Shown here: piece after piece, positions 56,559 through 64,000 of the stretch | How the letters are laid out: every line of letters begins with the position of its first letter | Position numbering within the stretch: the first letter of the stretch is position 1 | Source of the DNA: Eledone cirrhosa | Taxonomy: Eukaryota | Length of the DNA: 64,000 nt | Direction: 5' to 3' | Assembly: GCA_964016885.1 (NCBI GenBank) | Contig: OZ024742.1 | Span: forward strand, 310,558,001 to 310,622,000 | Program-made: the position numbers and the translations under genes | The notes under the pieces: generated by a model | Seen by the model: only the letters and a program-made list of their open reading frames with translations | What the model was told of the DNA's origin: nothing | The model's database searches: none

Positions 56559-57440
56559 TCTCTATATATAAAGTTGTAGTTCCTGTCTGTTTGTTTGTTT
56601 GTTCACGAACTCCTTCTATGGTTTTGGAGATAGACCCCCATAACCATATATATTCTGAAACTACATTGCCCATGGTACTTGGATAAGTATATTTCATTTT
56701 AATCAAAGGGTTTCCCGGGTGCACAAAACCTCCGCTCAAAACCACCGCTGAAAATGTTTTCCCTTCGATTTATATGAAATTTAAACCATAGGTAAATGAC
56801 GAGATATGATGCCTATTCACAAAGTTTCAGCAAATTTCAATAATATTTCAAATAATAATATTTCAAATTTCAAACATCCTAATGGGGGTTAAACCCCTAT
56901 AGTGAAAACTTTGGAAGCCCATAACTTAAGTATTGGAACCTCTATTATCACGGGGTTTTTCTATTAATTAAACGTAAATCAACAAAAAAAGCACCTCTCT
57001 TTTATAGTAAAATATCATTTTAATCAAAGGGTTTTCCGGGAGCACAAACCCCGCTGAAAATGTTTTCCCTTCGATTTATAGCAAATTTCAATAATATTAA
57101 GACACCCTAATGGGGGTTAAACCCCCTATAGTGAAAATGTTGGATGCCCCTAACTTAAGTATTGGAACCTCTATTATCACGGTGATTTTCTATTAATTAA
57201 ACGTAAATCAACAAAAAAAAGCACCTCTCATTTATAGTAAAATTTGGCTGATTTAGACATTTTATCTATGGCAAAACATCACTAGAATTATGACAACAAA
57301 AATTATTAGTTAATGCCTCTACTTTTTTAATAGTTTCCCTTTATTTTTTCTCCATAAATTATATCACTGATTTAAAATCAATCATCATTTTCTTACAAAA
57401 AAAAATGTGAAACGCAGCAAGGCGCGGGTAATTCAGCTAA
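56559..57440 (+). mobile_element. non-autonomous Helitron with internal tandem duplication
   Basis: 5' TCTATATATAAAG plus (TGTT)n; 3' CGCAGCAAGGCGCGGG..CTAA-T. About 56695-57012 is repeated at about 57015-57243. Confidence 0.75.
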
Positions 57441-57449
57441 TATATACAT

Positions 57450-57506
<57 letters not shown>

Positions 57507-57535
57507 ATAAGGTATCGTTTAAGGTAATCCAGTTA

Positions 57536-58019
57536 ATACTCTGACTCTGTCTCTACCAAAGAGACAGAGTCAGAGTATACGAAGGAGCCATGGAGAAGTA
57601 TAAGACCCTCATAGAACTGGACATGAAAGGAATTTGCCCATTATACAGGAGCAAATCATGGAATAGCTTAGATAGGGCTAGACATAAGATAGGGAAAGCC
57701 ACCTCATGGTACGACAACCAGAGATACCAGAGTGTCATGTTTGTGGACGCTACCCCTGTTTAGTCTTGGCCTTCTAAGTTCTATTTCACTGGCCTCTCTG
57801 ATTTGCCTATCTGCTGGGTCATTTCTATGTTTAGATATTATTCTAATTTCTATGTTGTCTATGTTACCGTCGTGTTGTTGTCTGGCATGTTCGTATAGTA
57901 CTGACCTGTTTTTTCGTCCTTTTAGTTCCCCCCCAGTGTTGGTCTATCCTTTCACCTATGCTACGAGCTGTCTCGCCTATGTATGTTGTTGTCATGTTTC
58001 TGCAAGTACCCTCTGTACA
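57536..58019. mobile_element. rearranged (internally inverted) fragment of the 2.2-5.1 kb PLE
   Basis: 57555-57758 matches the reverse complement of about 3286-3483, and 57756-58019 matches about 2807-3069 directly. A 19-bp hairpin lies at 57536-57578. Confidence 0.9.
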
Positions 58020-58234
58020 AATTCAAAAGATATATTTAGGGAGAGAGAAAGAGCCATAAATCGTTTGAGAAACAAAGAATTTTGTACACATTACATACCT
58101 TAAGTGGACCTTAATTATGTATATTTGTTCCTGAATATTATTTGTATTAAATATGTGTACAAAATACTATGTGTTTCTCCAATGATATATGACTCTTTCT
58201 CTCTCTCTCTCTCTAAATATATCTTTTGAATTTG
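58018..58234. repeat. imperfect fold-back / MITE-like element
   Basis: CAAATTCAAAAGATATATTTAG pairs with CTAAATATATCTTTTGAATTTG, with further internal complementarity. Confidence 0.7.
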
Positions 58235-58912
58235 AATTATTGATGCTCTGAACTAAGGTTCATTGACTTTTTTTTTTTTTTAATGATTGATGCGGTATGC
58301 TCAAATGCAGAAAATAAACGTAAGTACAGTCGATTGGTATAAATAACTTATAAAATAGAGTAAAAGCCCTTAGAGATGGAAAAAAGGATGCATGCGGCCG
58401 CTGGCAACATCTTTTTCTGCATCTGGGGTCTAATAAAATAGAGACTAATACACTACCATCTCGAAAATATGGGCAAGGTTAATTCCGGTGGGGTTTCACA
58501 GCCAAAACGAATACTTCAAAATGATCTATTTACCGCCATAGCTCATTATATAAAATAGACTAAATGTGTTCTAAAGGATATATTATGAAATCATAAATAT
58601 TGGTGTTTACGAAATACCATGACCATATCTTGTCTACATACCAGCTACTGTTAAACAATGTTCTGCGATGTAGATTCTTAGTGACATACGACTAGACAAT
58701 AATGTCATAGACATCCTGTTATATGACACTTTCTGTAAGTATGTCGTATCACGTATGGTTGAGAATGTGGACGAAAAAACACAAAGCGTAGAATCAATTG
58801 TTTAAAATTAAATAAAGTTCGTTTGAACTAAAAATATTTCATTTTAAACCCATGTCCAAAAATAGAATGTTATTTCTATTTTTTGTTTTTCAAATGGAGC
58901 AGCAGGTGTTCA

Positions 58913-58914
<2 letters not shown>

Positions 58915-59006
<92 letters not shown>
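58915..59006. repeat. (GTA)n microsatellite
   Basis: About 30 perfect units. Confidence 0.95.
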
Positions 59007-61150
59007 CGTCTCTCCATTGTTTTTGCTTTCAAACTTATATTCAAACGCTTTCTTGAGTTTAGAAAACGTTGATAGTCATCGTAGCGGTAAGTCTTAACGC
59101 TACATAACTATTACCGGGTAAGACGTCAACAGTTTCACCGCCGCCACCACGAATCACACAGGGTTACTTCCCTTGATGTGCACTGAAATACAAAACACTG
59201 ACCTCAAACGGTTTGGAGGTCATTTTTGTTCCTCCTCGACCAGATCCAGCTGGAACTTCTTTTCGCTGCCTTATATATTGCCTTTAGTGCTTTGGTCCTG
59301 TCTTCCCATAGGGTGAAAGTTGTTTCATGAGAGTGCTACAGATTTTCCCACAAAGTCTCTGGTTCCATCCTCTATGGTGAGAACTCTGACCCAAAAGTTG
59401 GCTCCCCCCACTCTATTGGCCACACTGGCGTATTTATATTAAGTATAAAGGGATTAACATGTCCGAGTTCCATTCCCTGACCAGGTTGGGCATTGTGTGA
59501 TTCAGCAATACAATTAATTTCACGTTGGCTGCAATACACTCCGCTGAAAATGAGCACGAATGGTAGCTGGGGCTTAAACTTAGGATGAACTGGAATCCTC
59601 TTCAGAGGGAAGACTTGTATTCTCACTTGCTTAACACCATTTAAACCGGGAACTTCCGGTCTTGGAACAGATTTTGCATTTAACTTTTGTATCACATAGA
59701 TATGTTGTTGGTTTTTTAATTGATTAATCTTAAAGAAGAAACATTACTACTGCCCCTTTGAATTCATCTTGCATCAAGGTGTTGATCTGGACTGTCTGGT
59801 GAGATTGATAAATCTAACATTTAGTCTGAATAATTTCATGTCAATGTCCGAAGAAAAAACTTGGGCGGGCAAGGGAGGTAAATTGATGTATGAAATACTT
59901 ACAGTTTAGTGGCGTTGCATTACAGACATAAAAGAACTATTTGGTGGCGTTCAGGCGGGCGGCGTGTTTGTCCTACTTGTAGCTGTGCAGTGTGTGACAT
60001 AGAATGTAGTGGAATGTGTGGAGGCGGTTGGGCGTGGAATATTTAGTTTCAAGGATTCTAAAACATCTTCATCAAAATCATCTTCTGAAAATATCTCTGA
60101 CTGATAGAGTATCAAGATACATCGTTTTGTTATTTCACTAGGTTTGTCCTCAATAAAACATTAACTTTAAAAAAGAAAGACGATTATACAAAGAATTACT
60201 ACGCCGTAATTCCTTTCATTCATCTGTTCTTTATCAACATATAATATCAACTATATTTTTATAACATCAATCAAACAGCTACTGTGGTATATTGACCAGC
60301 TAGAAATAACCTTCCAATCTCTATGAAGCCACATGCTATTCTTTGAAAGGCACATTAGATAATGCAGTTTGAGGTACATTGAGGGAAGTGTTTTGTCCAT
60401 GGCCCTTCTTGCAGGACCTCCAAGAATAGTGGGGTGAGAGAAGAACGAAGGTTTGCCGAAATTAGAGGTCTGACTTTTGCAACAGAGTAAGTTCCACTAA
60501 AAGCAACCAAGAGCCAGTTGGTGTTCTTGTTAAACTGGAAAATGAATTAAGTTTACCATCCGAACAGTCTACGATGGTATTTAAGCTCAAAATATATAAC
60601 AATTTCGGCAATTCCCCACCTCATGTGGTATTTTATCTTATCTATCTCGGAAGAATAAAAAGTGAAGTTGACCTTGGTTTAATTTAAACTCAGACTCCAG
60701 AAAATTAGAACAAATACCGAATGGCATCACTTCAGGCACCCTAAAAGTTAATATTTAGTCACCTCGTCACGATGAAAATGACGGAATAATCAAGTGTTAA
60801 GTATTCATTGGTCGTAGATTTCTTCGATCATGCCTAAGCTGGGGTTAAATTACATCTTTGGTATAGTTGGTTAAATAATGTAATACATACGTGGTAGTCA
60901 GCTAGAGTATAAGTAATGCTCCGAAAGATGGTTGCCGATAATGCTTTAAATTTTGACATTTCAGTCCATTACTGAAACACGTAAAAATAACAAATATTTT
61001 TTTTCAGAACATCGGGCTTTCATTTAAGTGATATATTGTTGCACGAAATATAACAAAAGAATCTTATCCACATGTTTGAAGTTGTTTCTTTCTATTCACT
61101 TGCAAAGTATGTTGAAATATATACTGTCATAAAATATGTATGTACGTATA

Positions 61151-61193
<43 letters not shown>

Positions 61194-61517
61194 TTAATCA
61201 ATTTAAACGTCCGTGTAGAGCCGGTAAGCCATGACAGGCTGAGAAACGTATCTAACACCCTTTATAATTAAAAAACATAAACAACTTGAATAGAGAGAAT
61301 GAGAGGGGGAGAAAGCGAGCGATAGAGAGAGGGGGAGAAAAAGAGCGAAAGAGAGAGGGGAAAGAGAGAGGGGGGAGAGAGAGTAGGCAAAATCCATAAA
61401 CATGGTGAAAAACAAGAACGGCTATAGAACATATAAATGTTTCTGTTTTTAAATCTTTTCGCAAAAACCATGTCCTGCACTTCATTGTTTTTAAAAGAAA
61501 AACAGTCTTAAAATGCA

Positions 61518-61548
<31 letters not shown>

Positions 61549-61849
61549 ACTGACTGATGTTTTTTACATTGAAACAAATTATTGTTTCTACTTTAGGCAC
61601 AAGGCCAATAATTTTGGCGGGCGGGAAAGTCGAATAAATCGACCCCAGTTAATTACTGCTATTTTATTTTATCGATCCTATAAGGATGAAAGGTGAAGCT
61701 AACCTCGACGGGATTTGAACTCAGAAGGTAAAGGGATGTAACTATGCCGCGAAGCATGGTGCTGCCACTCCACCGCTCTATTGAGTTAGATAATGCCATA
61801 AAGTTTCTAGATACTCGCCAGAACGATCTCTTGCTAAAATATAGTTTCA

Positions 61850-63850
61850 ACGTCCATTCGAAGTAAACAAAATGTGTTTATTAACCTTATTTAGTGTCTG
61901 AGACTTATTAAAATTTGACAGATTTAGTTGAGATAGTACACGATTGAAATTTGATAGCTTATTTCTAGATTCTTCCAAGGGGTGACTAATTATGTTTTTT
62001 TGCTGAATAATTTGTCTTGTGGTAGATTTGAAATGTAATTTATCACTTTGTGCTTCTTCTTTCGCTAATTCATCTGTTTTTCTGCCCACTCTTATATCGG
62101 TATAGTCAGTAACCTAATGATTGTTACGCATTTATTACATTCTGATATAGATAGTTAGCTATTTTTAAACACTCTCATATTTTTTTATCCTGACCGCTTT
62201 TTCTTAATAGGTTCAATAAACTATCTGTGAATAGCATTGTTTAACTGACTCTGTGAATTATCTCCTTCCCCCCCACTCAGCATCAAATATTACGAAATCC
62301 TGATGTAATAATGTAATATGAATTTCATATTTGAATTGTATGTCTGGTCACATAACTTCTGATGGATCGTAGGGGCATCACATTGACATTCGGCGTTTTG
62401 GGGGCATTTTAAGCCTAGCGGAACCCATCTCCTCTCCTGGTCTGACTACAGTATATTACTTCCAGAGAAGGATAGAGAATAAAAAAGAGAAAGTGAGAAA
62501 AAGATATAGAGAAATAATCGATCCCGGTAATTGACTGGTTATATTTTTATCGACCTCGAAATGATGAAAAGCAAAGTTGACCTCTGAGAGAAGAGAGACG
62601 AAATGAATACCGCAAATCATTCTATCCGATATTCTAACGACTCTGCTACTTCGCCACCTTAATCCATAATGTGTATGTACATATAATTAAGTCTCATTAT
62701 AAAAAGTATAGTGTCTTTGTTATATTGTTATTTTGAAAAGACCAAGTAGCTCCATACTCTTCCCATTGTCTGAATTAGACCCTTCTGTATAACCGACTCA
62801 TTTGTTAAAAAATGTTACTGTAATTACTCTTTTGATTTTTTAAATATTATTTTGAAGGATTTTAATTGCTCCATCCATGGATGTTATCCGATATCATGCT
62901 GCTTTCTTTCCTGTGTAAACGAGCAACTCTATTAACAAGTGAGTAGAGATTAATTCTGCTTCATGAAAAATAGCTATTTTGGAAGTAGTTCATTAACAAT
63001 TCAATAAAGTTTTCCGTATTTGAAAACGAAATCTTTTTATAGCTTGAAGGTAGTTAATGTGAGTATCTCTCCATACCCTCCATACAAAATCTGAGATTTG
63101 ATAACTCAATTATTGTATAATCTCAAAGGTTTATATGTTAGGCAGTGGTATTTCTTTGAAATAACTTTAATGGCCATGTTGAGGTCATTTTTTAAAATGA
63201 ATATTTTAGATGAGTCTCACATTTCAAATCAAATTATAACCAAATACCGAGGAACTTTATGCCTTTTTTTACGTTAATAGTTATTTCATTCATTATATGT
63301 ATAACCACGGTGGATTGGCAATCTCGGTAGAGGGTCAGACGCCATGCTGTTCAGCATAGAGTTACAGCCCTTTACGGTCTGAGTTCGAATCCAGCCGAGG
63401 TTAATTTTGCCTTTCATCCTTACGGGGTCGATAAAATAAAGTACCAGTAATACACTGGGATAACTGCTGGCCTTGTGCCAGAAGTAGAAACAATTATATA
63501 TAACCACATTTATAGTTGAAAGGTTCTGGGTCGTATTAATGAATCAACTGTGTTTTTTAGAGATCTAATATCAACCATTCTCGTTTGTCGATATAACTAC
63601 ACTTGATAGAGCTGTGCATATATTAATTTTATTGTTCTTCGCTGTACTTGTTGAAGTATACAAGATGATATCATCGGCAAAAATACGTTCACAATTTCAC
63701 TTAAATTTAAATACTTCTGTTTTTTAAAATAGAAGAAAAAATGGATGAAACTGGATACCCTGTGGAGGAATCTGTAGAAGATATATAATTTTGTTATTAT
63801 CAAGAATCAGTCTTGTATTATGATTGGTGAGAAAGCTAGCTACAGAGACA
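61850..63850 (-). mobile_element. ancient RNase H-bearing LINE (I/Nimb-like) remnant, interrupted by SINEs
   Basis: Colinear degenerate motifs PPQG (about 63755), FADDIILY (about 63675), IKFLGIWL (about 63250) and RNase H-like *VTDYTDIRVGRKTDELAK (about 62085). Confidence 0.55.
63307..63497 (+). mobile_element. tRNA-derived SINE
   Basis: Same consensus as 10013-10198; more divergent copies lie at 61577-61775, 46690-46840 and 62515-62660. Confidence 0.85.
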
Positions 63851-64000
63851 AAGATAGTTGGGAAATCCATGATATAATGTTTTAACGGTGCAATTATGTT
63901 ATTTTTGTAATTATTGTATTATTAATGTAACTATTACTTTCTATATCATTCCGGTAGTAAGTGTTCATTGTGTTTACATATACAATGACAATACATTTAA

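Overview
Very AT-rich, microsatellite-dense eukaryotic DNA. The SINE repertoire and (TA)n/(CA)n density resemble octopus/cephalopod genomes (inference). No intact host gene is evident, and most six-frame ORFs are translations of simple repeats. Recognisable elements: a 5'-truncated Penelope-like element (PLE; RT + C-terminal GIY-YIG, 2.2-5.1 kb) with a rearranged second copy; Neptune-type PLE 3' remnants (53.8-56.5 kb); a full-length frameshifted L1/Tx1-like LINE in an (AAT)n site; an R4/Dong-like RT-RLE element and three 3' fragments, all in (CATA)n tracts; RTE, CR1-like and old RNase H-bearing LINE remnants; three non-autonomous Helitrons; hAT elements; many tRNA-derived SINEs. The most notable signal is a set of short non-coding elements inserted in (TA)n. 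Many are fold-back palindromes, several carry minimal type I hammerhead ribozyme motifs (CUGANGA..GAAA, palindromic stem III), and otherwise dissimilar families share a subterminal TACTC..GAGT hairpin. These look like a non-autonomous PLE/retrozyme-like system.
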